Shown: positions 1 to 14,404 of the stretch, piece by piece
Position numbering within the stretch: the stretch's first letter is position 1
Layout: the number at the start of each line of letters is the position of its first letter
Source of the DNA: Enoplolaimus lenunculus
Taxonomy: Eukaryota
Length of the DNA stretch: 64,000 bases
Assembly (NCBI GenBank): GCA_030248215.1
Contig: JASANG010000753.1
Location: 186,001 to 250,000 of the forward strand
Reading direction: 5' to 3'
Position numbers and translations under genes: made by a program
Notes under the pieces: model-generated
Databases searched by the model: none
What the model was told of the DNA's origin: nothing
Seen by the model: the letters and a program-made list of their open reading frames with translations, nothing else

Positions 1-7
1 AACATAC

Positions 8-3000
8 CTTTGTCGGGAGCATCAGTGGCAAGAAACACAACACTTAAACTGTTATTCGACAAGGCTTCCAGTATTTGATGTGCAGTGCCGTTGATAGTTG
101 GCAGTTCTTTACCATGCGCACGGACGAAATCTTTACGGCGCCAGTGAATGCACAGGTACGGTCCACCTTTTGCAGTACCTTAAAAGTGTAGGAAAAACAA
201 AAATTAACTTTTTAAAGACGACGTGCCAGCACTCGTTTTTCTTAGTGAATTTTTTGCAGCATGAAATCACAGCTGCAATTTGCAACTGGAAGTTTGGTGA
301 TGCATTTGTGATTATGGTTTCAGTTCTGTTTCCAGAATTTTGACGCAAAACGCTGTATGTTTTGACTGTCATTTATCCAAAAATTTTGTGTTTGAAAAAT
401 ACATATATTCAACTGCTTTACTAAATCGAACGTTTAACATTAAGCAATTAAATTTTTACAACTTGTTTCGACTGGAAAACTACTGAATCTTTCTAATCTA
501 CGCTCTAGTTATAGCTAAACTGAATCGGCCCATGTCAAATATGGGCCTGCCAACTGGAGTTCAGAAGTCCAGGAGACAGTAACTTACAAAGCGGAAAGCT
601 TAGACCTACGCTTAGAAGTAGGCTTATGTTTAGGTTTAAGCTTAGGCATAGGTTTAAATTAAGTCTAGGCCTATGTTTAGTAGGTAGGCCCCTATTGTTT
701 ACATTTGCCATTCAATCAAATTAATAATTTTTTGTGAGCCTCGGCCTTTATTATTTAAAGATAGCTTCCAAAACACAAACGACCCAACAAGTAAGAAACA
801 ACCTTTATAAATTCAATCGGTATGAAAAAGTAAAAAAACTTTACCATGGGCAGGCTCCATTTCTCTCCAGTCTTCGGTCAACAGAGTTTGATCCGTATCA
901 TCGGTTGAATCTAAATACTCTCGCCGAAATTCATCTCCAATTTCACGCAACTTTACCGCAAATCTAAAAGTCAATTTTAAAGAAAATGAAAGAATGCTGG
1001 GATGAGAAAAGCAAAATACTACAAAGAACAATAAGCTCATAACATAGAACTAAACTTATATTACCACGAGTGTATACACCACTTTCTCTTAAAGTAATTT
1101 ATTTTTTCGCTGAATGTTCAGCGTGCCCAACGTTTTTGTCTGTTATAAAGTTCATAATTGTTGCTGAAACACTGAAATTATTTAATGCAAAAGTGCATTT
1201 AAGTCTCGCTGGCTTACATATGTTAAAAGTAGCTGCAACGTATCAAAACTTGAACATCTTGACTTGCCCTGAAATGTAATCACAGCAAGATGTTAAAAAC
1301 GCTCACTTGTAAAAACTAATTTTGTAAAATTTGGCGCAACCATAAGTGTCCGGTATCCGATAGGTATACGCCGAACACCGGAACCGGATACGGATATCCG
1401 TTTTTGCCGGATATTAAACCGGAACCAGATATCCGATCGTATTCTGAAAGAACATACCGCATACTACGCCTCGCGGCCCAATAATTTTTATCACCGAACC
1501 AATCATGAAGCACTGTTTCACCACGATCGAGCATAATTGATCTGAAAAATATTTAACCTAAAAATACAAAACTATTTCCAATTTTATGGTGATTAATACA
1601 GCACTAAAGAGTCAACTGTCCAACATAATTTCGCGCTATAAATAAAACTCACTAAGCTTGTGTTTTGCATTCCTGTATCAAACTTCAGCTCTGATAAAAT
1701 TACTTAACCCCACAACCAATAAAGACGTTTTAAATGCTATGACTTAACACTAATATATTAAATAAAAGGTTACATGTGATGTAAACCACGTTGATAAGTT
1801 ATTGAGAAAAGATAAAAAACAAAATGTCAAATACTGCAAAAAATAAAAATAATATTATACTTTATGTGGACATAATTCCGTCTGGAAAAACCCCTGCCAC
1901 CGTTCCTCATAGCTATACGCTAATCCGTTTTTAAAACTTTGAGGCAAAAAATACCACAGTTCTGTACCGGACAAACAAACAAATCAATAAACAAAACTAA
2001 TTCACTACCAAAAATATTTCATTTGTGTTTGACAGTATAATGAAAATGAAGCGGATCAAGTACATTGTTAGCAAGTGCTTCAAAATTTATAACAAAACTT
2101 ACTCACACTGCAGTTTGATTCTTTTGAGCGAGCAAAGGCACTAAAGTCGAACTTTGGCCTTGAACCGAAAGACATTCAAATTTTTTAGCGTACACTTCAT
2201 CACGATAACCAAAAAACCAACCGCGCCACAAGCCTAAATAACTAGCAACCTATTTGAGGTTAATAAATTGTCAGAAACTTACCGACTTACCGAAATATAT
2301 TTACACAACACATATACGCAGCAAACTTTGATTTGAATATACACCACAAATCTTTTATCCGAATAAAAAAGACAAGGGTCGCGTTATACTTCTATAATAT
2401 TACAACGCCATACGGCACCGTGCAGCATAGGGTACGAATTCTTGCAGTACTGTAATGTATACCACTTTGTAATTAAAATCTTTTACTTGCACAACGGATA
2501 TACGGTGTTATATCGTGTTATGATGTTTTAAATATGAAACCTAACATTTTTATCAAAGTTTCACAAAAGAGAAATTTAATTGCAATTTACTATATACCTT
2601 TATCATTTTGGTAGTAGTGATTTGAATCTATACAAGGGCGGTAGTCGAACTTTTCTTCCCATTTACCGTCTTTCCAACCTTCGGCATAATGCTGAAGATA
2701 GTATACATGATCGATAGCATGTTGACCCGTTTCTAAAATATCAAAAGTATTCATGATGCGACCGGATATCCGCAAAAACAGACATCCGGTTCTGCCGGAT
2801 ATGTATAGCTAAAAATTATGTCATACATTTTTACGTATTTATGACTAATATTACAATTTATAACCAGGGGCCAGGGATGGGCGGTCTCGATGAAAAACCG
2901 AGGCCGAGACCTGACTACCGAGAGCTTTCAAGGAAAGTCTCGGTCTAAGTCAATTTTTGATCACCAACGAAAAAATTAAAATTTTCAAAATAACCTATTT

Positions 3001-5408
3001 CTATTGCTTTTTCATAGTTTTTATGTTCTTTACAGGTTTTTGCATTTTTCATAACCTTTTTGTTTTTTTCAGAATATCTGCTCATAATTATTGCTCAATT
3101 ATAAAATTTCATAACTTCACAGAAAACTTTCATTCAGCAGCCATCACTTTTACTTCAACAATACAGTTTATACACTTGCTAAATCCTCGACTTATAGTCT
3201 CGGTTCCAAAGACAGTGCTAAATACGAATACCGAGACTGACCAAGTCCGAGACTTCCATCCGTCCCTGTTTATCACATTGATTTTTTCTATATGACAAAA
3301 ACCGTGTCATCGAACGTAGTTAATGCAAAACACTGTGCATACAAAATAACAACAAATATTACAGGAAGCCCTACAGAATCAATGTGATTCGGGTTTACCT
3401 TTTATTTAAATATGACCCTGTCCACCGGTTCTGGCTGGTACAACCGGTATAGCAACCAATGTACCGGAAACGGAACCGAAAGAAAAAAATACGGCATTTT
3501 CCAACAGAACCATTTAGTGCAAAATATCTGTTGCCGAAAAACTAATTTTCAATGCAATTAGTAAACATTAGCTGGGTTTCTGAAATCTTACTTAAGTATT
3601 TACCTAAGTTTTACTTAAGTCGTTACTTACGCCGCCGACATAAGTAAATGCTTAAATTTTTGCGCGAAAACAAATAAACGGCAAATGTCAGCCATTGTCA
3701 TAACAGAAAAAACGTTTGCTTTATATTAAGTAGGCACGATCTACAATTTTAATTTAGACCACGGTTAGTGTACTTGAACGGTTAATATGTATATAATCTA
3801 TCACATATAGTCAGCGACTTAAGTATTTCTTAAACTAAGTACACTTTTAAAAACGACAAAATGGATAAGTAAACCACGTACTTAAGTGCAAAGACGAACT
3901 TAAACCTTCGAGTGAGGGGCTTACGTTTGACGCTTTGACCGAGTGAAGCCCCAACTTGAGTATCAAACAACCACACATACATACATATATATACACGAAT
4001 ATATAAAGAACTTACAGCAGCTTGTTTTGTTCGAAAGCAATTAAAACATAAAGCTGCGAGTTATCGTCGCAAAAACTGGAACGTTCAAGTACCAGCAGCA
4101 AGTTTTAGATGTAAAAACTTGCACTTGCAAATTGAAGCTACGAGCACTCGTTCCAAAAAGTTGCACGTCTGAATGAGACTTAACAATTTTTAGTAAACTT
4201 TCAATAATCTAAAAGCACCACCGACAGCATAATGAAAACTGAAAGCAAGAAAATATTTCTTTTTCAACTTGGCCTAAGCCATAGGCATATATACAACATT
4301 ATAATCAGTTTTCTAACCTCAACTTCTACATAAACCAACAATCAAAAAATTACCTTGAAGAAATTGTTGAAACTCTATCACCGGTACAAATCGATTTAGA
4401 CTTTGTATATCAAAAAATGTTGACCAAGGAATGCGGAATTGCTTTTCACGTAAATGCGACGTTTGCCAATGATATATTGCGCCCCATGGTGGCAAAACAA
4501 GTATAAAGTTATGGCCTAGAACAGAAGTTACGTTTAATTTATATGTGAGATAACTAACTTATAATAAATGACGGCTCCCAGAATCAGAGTGGACACAACA
4601 GTTTTTATAAGCGACTGCAACTCATGTACAAACAAAATTACCGATACCGATTCGTAAAGGGTAAATTAAGATAACTCGGCGATTGTGGCAAAAAATTGTA
4701 AAATGTAAAAATATATACAGTAGTCGTAGTGGGCCTACACGGCACACGCATGTATTGCGCGAAACTAGTGCCCACTTAGAGACAATATGTTTAACAAATG
4801 TGATAACGGGAATAGTTAAACACACCTTTGTTACGAAGCTGACGCACCAAATTTGCAATTCTCATATAGACATCACGTCGCAGATTAAAGCCTTCACCCA
4901 TATTTACATCGTAAAGCAAATATCGTCGTTCCTGGAAGAAATACATATTAATAATTAGGGCGCAACCGCAATTTCAAAATACTAGGAGCGGAATCAAACG
5001 CTAAAAGCAACTCAGACAAAAAACGATTTCTAGTGCAATTTAACTGAAAATATGACCACCGCATAATTTTTCCCAAGATATAACACCACATGTAGCAACT
5101 GAATTTTTGAATTGTAGTGCCACAAACTATCTTTTATGAAATTCTGTAATTCGTCTACCTCCTGCATGCATGTATATGTTTGTGTAACAGATTAGGTATA
5201 TCAAAACCATAATGCGTTATGCTTATGCTAGAGCGGCCACACCTGGAACAACAGGGCGCCGAGAGGGAGTCACAAACAACAAGTTAATAACCCGTACCTC
5301 AGCCACGCTAAAATTGGCTTCATCCACGACACTAATGGTGGCATCGTCGCTGACAACAAAAGTTGTCGTGACCAAGGCAGATAATATAAGCACCAGATTC
5401 ATGAACAT
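8..5408 (-). CDS. POFUT2: GDP-fucose protein O-fucosyltransferase 2 (POFUT2/PAD-2), 7 coding exons visible, 3' end lies beyond the left edge
   Basis: Minus-strand exons 5408-5298, 4931-4826, 4515-4354, 2732-2598, 2233-2107, 1541-1458, 963-845 and 178-8 (eight segments including the signal-peptide exon) join in frame with GT-AG boundaries. Translation contains [79 protein letters not shown] and [22 protein letters not shown], all diagnostic POFUT2 blocks. The start codon is uncertain. Confidence 0.95.
2865..3268. mobile_element. hAT-like MITE in a POFUT2 intron
   Basis: CAGGG...CCCTG termini, CCGAGAC subterminal repeats, flanks TTTATAAC/TTTATCAC. Confidence 0.7.
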
Positions 5409-7811
5409 CTCCACTACGACAATGCGCCACACAATGGGCAATAAAAAGCGTGCTACGTGAACCCAAACTATTAGTAAATCTTCACATAAACAAACAGGCA
5501 GAACCTATTTATCTTAAGCTCATCAAATCCACAGTTAAACATAAACGAATTGCAGGGCGGCCATAAATAATTTTTTGCTAGTTCGTAACGTACATTTTTG
5601 TTTAGGCTTATCTTCAAACTCATGAGCGCGCACTGGATAATGAATCTGGCGCTCATGGGCCATGGCATCAAAACCTCTTAAGAACACCCCAGTTTTCAGC
5701 TGCAAACTTTCAAACTAAAACCAGTTGCACCGTAACCTAACCAACTTAAGACAGCACTAGCTACGCAATTATATCCGCAACGCATGCGTTAACGTATGAG
5801 TTGCATTAGGCATATTTCGCTAATTTCAATGAAATCAAGATTACACTGATATTGATACGCTTGAGTTAATGAAATGATTTTTAAGTAACTGTTTCATATT
5901 TTAATTTGAATTAATGCCGTTTCCGAACATGAGGAGGACATGGCAGGCTACCTGTTTAAAGAGCCTGGTTTTTGTCCTGTTGACAACATAAAAGATGTGT
6001 ATATTGTACTGCGTGGGCTGTATTAGTGCAAAAATTGAACAAAGCGTCTGTTGCACCACATTATTAAGTCTATGGAGTATTGCCTCACGTATTTGGTTTG
6101 AAAGTTGAACATTGAATCATGAATATTTTTACGAAAACTTGTAAAGTACTTAGTCTTTTGAACTTTTTGGTCGGTTATAATACTCATTTAATTTGAGTCG
6201 CACTGTTAGGTTTATTATTTTGTTTAAAATTTCGACTCAAGTTTTATCGACTGTTGAAAAATGAAAATTTTGTTTATTGTGTGTGCCTCGTAAATTATGC
6301 GTGCTCTAACCTCGAGTACACCGTGTGGAAAAATACATTGGCTATTGACGCTTGCCTATTGCTATGTTTTAAAAAGATTTCAAACGACATCAAGTTATTT
6401 TCAAAATTACAAGTAGTCGACTTTGAAAAATTATTTTCCAAGATCGCATTTCAAAATATAACGTGATTTTATTTCTAGTTTAAAAACACCTACTGTTTGG
6501 AACTAGTGACGCCGTAACACACACTCGTGAAAATTGAAAATATAGCAGTTGAAGTTTACTCGTTACTTGATGTGTACCTATCGACGCTTTCCTGAAATAT
6601 AGTCAACATTTACATTTAATAGTATAAAATCGAAAAAATCAGTTGCTTTGAAATTCGTTGAGCTGCGAACCACAACTACTATGTTTTATGAATGCCGCAA
6701 ACGTCAGCTACTAGTAATTTTGAAAATCGTCGACAACGGCTCCTAAATTTGTCAAAATTGCAATCTACGATTAGTAATATTCGATTTTTTAAAACTTTGA
6801 AATTTAAGGGCGTGCTACTGGCTGTTTTTAAATCAACGTAAGTCGTCGTCAATTGCTGATGCATTTTTCCATACGGTGTACACGAGATAGTGGGGAGCAC
6901 GCATTACTGTATTGACCCGAATAAGAGGGGGGTAATAAGAGGGGGTCCCCATTTTGGGCCCGAATAAATAGGAGTCCGTATCCCTAATAGGAGTCCGTAA
7001 GCGTATAGAGTCCCTAAACCCTAATTAGAGTCCATAAATGTTAATTAACCCTAATTGCTGCGCATAAATGACTCCAGAACCAAATAATATGAGCTCGAAA
7101 CTTTAAGGCGTACTTAAATATTGAAAGTACATTCCTAAGTATATCCTTGAATTGTCGCTCAAGCTATTGACACAAGACAAATAAACGTTTAATTCAACGG
7201 GTAATTGCAGTACCGGATATATATCAGTAACGATGGGCGGCGGAGCGTGGGTTAAAAATAAATAACAGTTCGTAACCGAATAACAAGGGGAGTACCCTCT
7301 GGAGAAGCCAAATATCAGTCGCCCTCCTGCTGAAAAGATCTTGCAACCGGCACATTCCATCCTGTTTGGGAATATATCATAGCGTTTATGGTGGCACTAG
7401 GCCAGTTTCAACTCTTGTACACTTTCCCACCACATTTAAAGATTAACACTTTTGGAATAGGCTTAAGCTCAGACATTACTTAAAGGTTTACGCAAAGGCT
7501 CAAGTGCCAAAGCCTTTTCTCAAACCTAAAGGTTATTCTGAGCTGAAGCCTAAGCTTGTTAGATGGTAATATTAAGAGACCGACTTTTGCTTTACCTTTA
7601 CATTTATTAATTTGAAAACTGAATAATAAACATATTTCTCGGAAATAAGGTAAATATGGTAAGAACAATAAATTTATAGGTTTGCTACTTATTTTCATGA
7701 GAAATATACAGGATTGACAGATGTCTCAAGTAGAATAATGAAGGATTTGTTACAATTTTGTTATAATTCAAAGTTTACCGGAGCTTTTTGAACTCTATTG
7801 AGTTGAAAATA

Positions 7812-7961
7812 CTTAAAGATAGTAAACTGACAATGTTTCGCTTAAAGATAGTAAACTGAAAAATTTTCGCTTAAAGATAGTAAACTGAAAATTTTTCGCT
7901 TAAAGATAGTAAACTGAAAAATTTTCGCTTAAAGATAGTAAACTGAAAATTTTTCGCTTAA
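7812..7961. repeat. 29-bp minisatellite x5
   Basis: CTTAAAGATAGTAAACTGAAAATTTTTCG repeated at 7812, 7841, 7870 and onward. Confidence 0.95.
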
Positions 7962-8152
7962 GTATCATTTGGCAAAAAAATATTGTAAAAAGTTTTTACC
8001 TTCAAACTTAGATATTTATATAACCAGGATACATCCGGATATCTGCATTTGGTTGCGACTTCGGCAGCAATTTTTAGACACGGAACCGCACGCAATAATA
8101 ACGAAATTTCCGGCGAGATACGCGAACAAGAACGTACAAAAACGCAACTTTA

Positions 8153-8788
8153 CACACAAAAATGTTTTCTGATATTCGCGAAACATTGTCTTAAATTGAC
8201 GACAATTATGTGTTAATCTATAGAATTGCGACATATCTGTCTCGAATGCAAGACAATAGTTTCAGGAATTTTTCAGAAATCTATCATCTGCAATTTTTAA
8301 CACTTAAATGTCTTAAATTTAAGAGTACGTTATAAATGATTAAAGACAAATTTTTCTGAAATATAAAGAAAAATATGTCCGAAATAAAAAACTTGTTTTG
8401 CTAATTTTTGAGACACATATGTCTTAGAAACAACATTTGCCAGAAAGTCGCCTTCAAGATTGGGAGTTAATCTCAACCAAATTGCCTAATTTACATCCTA
8501 AAATACGTCTAAGATGTAAACTTAGGTTGAGAACCTGAGTTCAACCCGAAATATCTTTGAAATTAGACTCTCTTCATATAAATGGAGCAACTTTTTTGCA
8601 TACATTAAAATCCGAAAATAAATTGTAAATACTAAATTTTTGAATATAAGATATTTTATCTTCTAACCATTTCAGTCACAAATTTCTGAGCTGTTTAAGG
8701 CTATTGATGTCTAAAATATATACAATACATTAATGTCTTGAAAATTTAAGTAAGTAAGAATCCTGAAATTTCAAGACTATTTTACGTG
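8153..8788. mobile_element. CAC...GTG MITE (CMC/EnSpm-Mirage-like), long family; inverted sister at 34817-35500
   Basis: TA|CACACAAAA...TTTTACGTG|TA. Internal sequence is shared in reverse complement with 34817-35500. Confidence 0.7.
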
Positions 8789-9518
8789 TAGTATTAAATC
8801 TTAATACAAAATTTTGGTTTTGATTCCTGCTGCAGAGGAATAAGTATGTTAGATAACTGGAACATCACCCGATCCCTGTCGACGTGCAAAGCCTGGATGG
8901 TTCCCAGTTCGATAAGCCAGCGGCTAAAATATTGAAAAGCGGCTATTTTTATAGAACCTACAGTGACATATTACACTTTTGCTTATTGAATACGAAACCA
9001 AAAAATACCGGAATTGAATGCTTTTTTTGCGAAATCGGTTAAAACGATTTTGTCTGACAAAAAGGCCCCCGACCGGAAATGTCTAATTGTCGGTCACAGC
9101 GGCGTCGAAATATTTATGGTGAAACTACCAAGTCGAGATGCAACAAGTATAATACGTATCCGTGTATTTTTGGTGCAATATATTCTCAGTTTTCGAATAG
9201 CAAAGCATATTAACACATCAGGTTTGGCGGATTCAGGAATTTCTAAAAACGGGATCTTCGAAAAACTCTCGAGCGAAAAACTAAACGCCGAGTTTGTGCT
9301 TCACCTAAGTATACAAAATCTTGGTTTGGATCGGTATTGGGGTAGGGGTTAGGCCCCCCTTAGGATCCGCCAGTGCATATATCACAGGCACGCAGCAAAC
9401 CGTCGGCAGATTAACAATGGGCAAACCTGAACCGTGCGCTACGCACACTTTTAACTGGGGTATCGGCTATAAAATATAGTACCAAAATTTTAGGCTCAAC
9501 TTTTGTATCACGTATATA

Positions 9519-9721
9519 CACTGGAGAAAATGGTGAGTCAAATTGACTCTTTCCAAAATAGGCTTTTCCTGACTCCACAAACTGCGTCAAAAATTGACAC
9601 GGCTTGAATCAAATTCGACTCACAGTTTGACTCTGGCGGAGTCGAATTTTGACTCGGTTTGTGTAGTCAGAAAAAAGCCTCTTTCGGAGAGAGTCAGTTT
9701 GACTCACCAATTTTTGGAGTG
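9519..9721. mobile_element. Palindromic CAC...GTG MITE (GAGTCA/TGACTC-rich); sisters at 12222-12428 and a fragment at about 57014-57110
   Basis: Near-complete foldback CACTGGAGAAAATGGTGAGTCAAATTGACTCT...AGAGTCAGTTTGACTCACCAATTTTTGGAGTG, flanked by TA/TA. Confidence 0.82.
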
Positions 9722-10169
9722 TAAGTACAACATACAGATTGTTTTATGAAATTCAGTTGTTTTACTGTAAAACTATCAAAACTGTTGTGAACTTTCACTC
9801 AAAAAGGGGTTGACCGGTGATAAACCCCCGTCAAAATTATTTGACAGGACGGAGGAACTGGCTAAAATATTCCACTGGCCTCGCAGAAAATATCACGGGG
9901 TAACTCGACGGCACACGGTCCGGCTTGTAGGGTAACTTAGCATTGTTGTTCGCTGAATTTTTTTAATTTGGGGGGGGGCAGTTATATGTTTTTTGGTCTA
10001 TTGTGGAATTTCATTAAATCGAAATGTCTGGCCGTCTATGGTACGAGTTCCGAAATTGCAGAATCTTCTATGAAAGACAAAAGATAAATAATTAATCCGA
10101 GATGTTTAATATAATTATGTCAACAAAAATGCTACTCCGTTCGTGCAGTGTTTACTTGTTGCAAACCCG

Positions 10170-10402
10170 GGCCAATGTAAAGAACAGGGGCGGAACAGTA
10201 TTATAAGCATATTCCTAAGCCTAAACGTTAGCCTAAACCTAAGTCTAAGCGTAAGAATGAGCATATTCCTAAGCCTAAGCCTAAGCGTAAGCCTAAGTCT
10301 AAAAGCCTAAGCCTAAGCCAAGGAAAAAAATTAGTCTAAAGCTTAAGGTTACTCTATTGCAGTACCACAAACAGACCTTCCGCCCCTGATTTTACATGTA
10401 CC
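10170..10402. mobile_element. Telomeric-repeat MITE (Merlin-like), subfamily A
   Basis: TIRs GGCCAATGTAAAGAACAGGGGCGGAAC / TTCCGCCCCTGATTTTACATGTACC, internal (GCCTAA)n, flanks CAAACCCG/CAAACCCT (7/8 TSD). Confidence 0.85.
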
Positions 10403-10653
10403 CAAACCCTGTAGCCAGCCGAATGCAATTTTAATGTGCCGAATATCTTCCGATAGGACGTACGCTGATTTCGCAGTATACAAGGTAGTATTAACTCATT
10501 GGTCAACAATTTTTCAGGGGAGGTTGAAACAATCCGTCCTATCACTGGTTAAGGGTCTGTCTTATTGGTTATAACATTGTACAAACAAACCAAAAGATTC
10601 GTAGTACTGAAATTGTTACTTACTCTTTTACGCAAAATTATGATGTGAATGTA

Positions 10654-10899
10654 CACGCAAAAAATTATTTCTGAATTTATTCAGTAGAGTATTTTCTGCG
10701 GCAAATCTGAAAAGTTTTTCTGATATTTTAGACAATTTTTCTAAAAATAACTGGAAAACGTTTATTTTCAGACTTTATTTCAAAACTTTTCTGCAATCTT
10801 TTATGTTATAACAGAAATACTTTTCAAGTGCACCATGCTAATTATATTTCTAAAATGTGAGAAATTTTTTCTTAAATATCAGAAATATTATTTTGAGTG
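10654..10899. mobile_element. About 245-bp CAC...GTG MITE; sisters at 26768-27011 and 47600-47845
   Basis: Three highly similar copies starting CAC(A/G)CAAAAAA.TATTTCTGAATTTATTCAG and ending TCAGAAATATTATTTTGAGTG, mostly with TA flanks. Confidence 0.85.
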
Positions 10900-11500
10900 T
10901 ACACTGAAAACTTTTCAATTTGCCAGTATTAATTGCATTTCAAAGCTTCACAATTGGTTTATCATGCGTTATAGTCATACTTGCAGGTAGAGTTGATAGC
11001 CAGCAGAGTGTAAACAGATGGTAAACCTTTCTCACATGAATATTTGCAATTTCTCAAGAGATGTAATTTCAGGGTAAGATTTGATCCCCAGTCTAACGGG
11101 TGGGCGGCGTTTACGATGACCACTTAGCTGTAGGAGCATGACGCTCGAGCCCGAGGGTGCTGTCACGTCTTGTGGAGATTTTGCACTGCGCATATATGTT
11201 ATAAATGTTCAACACTCCTCACAATGTGTGTATTGCTCGTGCATTATTGTATTTAGTTGCTCACAGTATACTCTATGAGTGAAAGGGATAAAAGTAATGG
11301 AAACCTAAATAAATAGGGATCAAAATAACGGAAACGGAAACGAAATGGGACATTCGTTTACGCCTTGATAGCCAACATTGTAGCCTGTAAGTACAATATA
11401 TTAATTAACCGATTGACAATCAACAGCGGAGCCACGTGTCAGGATGCATGGCGCAGTGGTTGAGCGTTCGTCTAATGATCTGTAGGTCATGTTTTCAAGA

Positions 11501-11870
11501 TAGGATGTAACCGGATATGCGTTTTCGTTTCCGGTACAAATCGGTGTCCGTTTCCGTTTCTGTTATAGAAATAACGGAAATATTAGCGTTACGTTCAAAA
11601 TTCGTTATTAATTCGTATGCATCTCGGGATTTTTCATGTACAGTTATGCTGAAATTTTCCAATACAAAATAAAAGAAAATGAAATTCATTCAAAATCGTA
11701 AAAATTTCGATGCATCCGCCGCCGCTTTGGTTTAAAATGCTTGAAAAACCAGTGCATATATGCACGCCTCTACAATTGTGTTGGCAGGAAAATAAAACAT
11801 TTTATGAAACTTTTACACTGCAGTATTCATTTTCGGTTTCCGTTATTTTTACTATCCGTTTACTACCCTG
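11501..11870. mobile_element. hAT-like MITE (TTCCGT/ACGGAA-rich) inserted in a SINE head; relative at about 16469-16677
   Basis: TAGGATGTAACCGGATA...TATCCGTTTACTACCCTG, flanks TTTCAAGA/GGTCAAGA. Confidence 0.65.
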
Positions 11871-14404
11871 GGTCAAGACCACCGCACCGCTGCTTATACA
11901 GTTGCAAAATGTCTAAAGTGTTCACCGATCCTAGCAATTCTGGCACGTTAGAGCTCCAGTGAGCTGGAACCAGTTTACAATCCCAAGTTCCAATTAATGA
12001 CCAGGCCCTAAAGATTAGGGATCATATTCCGAACAAACCATACACGGAAAAAACTGCCTTAAAGAGGATTTTCAGAAATTGTACACATTTGTATATTAGT
12101 TATCAACATTATGGCTTATGTAAATGCTCAGGGGCAGAACGCTTTATGTAGGACTGCAATAGAGCAAAGCTAAAGTTTTGGACATTTTTTGCCTAGGCTC
12201 AGGTATAATCTGATTCTTATACACTGCAAAAATGGTGAGTCAATTTGACTCTCACCGAAATAGGCTCTACGGGACTACACAAACTGAGTCAAATTCGACT
12301 CCGCCAGAGTCAAATTTGAGTCACTGAGTCGCATGGCTGACTCTGGCGGAGTCGATTTGACTCAGTTTGTGTAGTCTCGTAGAGCCTATTTCGGAGAGAG
12401 TCAATTTGACTCACCATTTTTTGCTGTGTACACTTAGGTTTGGGACCTTAGGTTCAGGCTTTTATACTACGGTTACAGCCCTGTTCTATACTTTGACCAA
12501 GATTATTAATGTTTGAAACCTAAATACGTTTACAGTTTGAAAAATGGTAAGGAAGTAAGAGTATTTGAATTTCAAAACAGTTTAATGTCTTTAGTCATTT
12601 CTGGGTTTAATATAGCAAATTGACGGTCAGTATTATAAACGCCTACGTAACCATTTTGCTAATGATTAATTTGGGTTGGATTGAACCAGGTAAAATTTCT
12701 AACTACAAAATGAAGTTCCGGTCGATTAATTTTTTTAGGTTCATTTTCAAGCAACGATCTTCAATAAAATTGATCTTAAAATACTAAAAAGCTATTAAAA
12801 ATTTGACATAAATCAACTTATCATTAAAATTTTTTTAAATATCGGTTTTACCGCATTTAAAAGGTTGTATGGTATACTCTTTGAACTGGGGCTTATATTT
12901 TTAAATGTGTACTGTAATGACCCGAATAAGAGATCGGTAGTAAGACGGGGGTCCATTTTGAGTCCCTATCAATAGGCGTCCGTATCCCTAATAAGAGTCC
13001 GTAAGCGGATAGTCCCTAAACGCTAATTAGTCCATAAATGTGAATTATTCGTAGTTGTAGTGCATAAATAAGTCCACGACCAAATAAAGGTAGTTCGTAA
13101 AAGTTTAAAGCGTTCTTAAGTTTTGAATGTACATTCCTGAGTATATTCTTGGAATATCGCTCAAGCTTTTGATACAAGACAAATAAACGTTTAATTCAAC
13201 GGATAATTGAAAGTCTGAAGAATTGGTTGAATTTCAAAGGTCGCCATTAACTGTTTCGATAGTTTCAAGACCTATTACGGCCTGAGCTGGTGATAGGTGC
13301 AACCCACATTGGTTATATGTTGTTTTTGCGATTTTTTAGTATTGGGTTGCGTGTGAACGTGATTGGCTGTTCTGAATTGTGTAGCGACCCACATACGTAT
13401 TTCGGGCAGCAATCTAGCTGTTCTATGATTATTTTATGTATAAACAAGACAGCATTTATCTGCAAATTCGAATACATTCTTAAAAACGTTTATGAGGAAT
13501 ATTTTAGGGTTGCAAATGTGCAACCACGTTGACCAGTCTACATTATTAATGCAGAAACGCCCCATACACGTATTTTGGGTAACGGTTCAACCGATTTTTA
13601 TAAGTACGCAAATTAATCGTGTATAGTAAAGTTTTGTCAACATAGCTCTAAATAGAAGTTGTTCGGAAGGTGAAGTTTTCATTCGTTTGTGGGTATATTT
13701 TGTTATAAGATATATACGCATATTATTTAAATAGGTTTAAAGTAAGGCTTAGGCTTAGGAATACGCTTATAACACTGTTCTGCCCCTGTTCTTAACATTG
13801 GCATAAGATATATACGCATATTATTTCAATAGTTTTAAAGCTGCGACGCGAACCTAAATATAAGAAGTAGGATTGCAAATATTGGAACCGCGTTGACTAC
13901 AATTATTTTATAACTAAGCTCCGAATCCTTTCTACATTCTTGAAACTTTCTGCAGGAAGCGTCAAAAATAATTATATATTATTTGTCAAATTTCGTACAA
14001 TATTATGTAAATAACAATGTATTTCGTTATGATTGGCTGATTTGTACTAATGAACCCGTTGGCCTTTTGAATTTTAATTGGCTGACCTCGCAAGGTTTCG
14101 CAACTATTAAATTTTGATTGAATTTCAGAGTTGATTTCATTTGTAAAAATACTGACTAAATAGCATTGGGTACAAAAATCGACAAAACAGTGAAGAGTTG
14201 TTAAACATCTGATACGGGTCTACGGGATACATAAAAAGCTCACGAGCGAGAAGTCAAACGCAATTTTAGTATTAAATGTTTACAAAAATATTTTTGGTTT
14301 GATGTTCCCTTTTCGCAAGGGGGGCAATGTTAACCCCTTCTCACCTTGAGTTGCCTACAGGCAACTCAGCGCAGTGTATATACGTTAAATAATATATATC
14401 GCAC

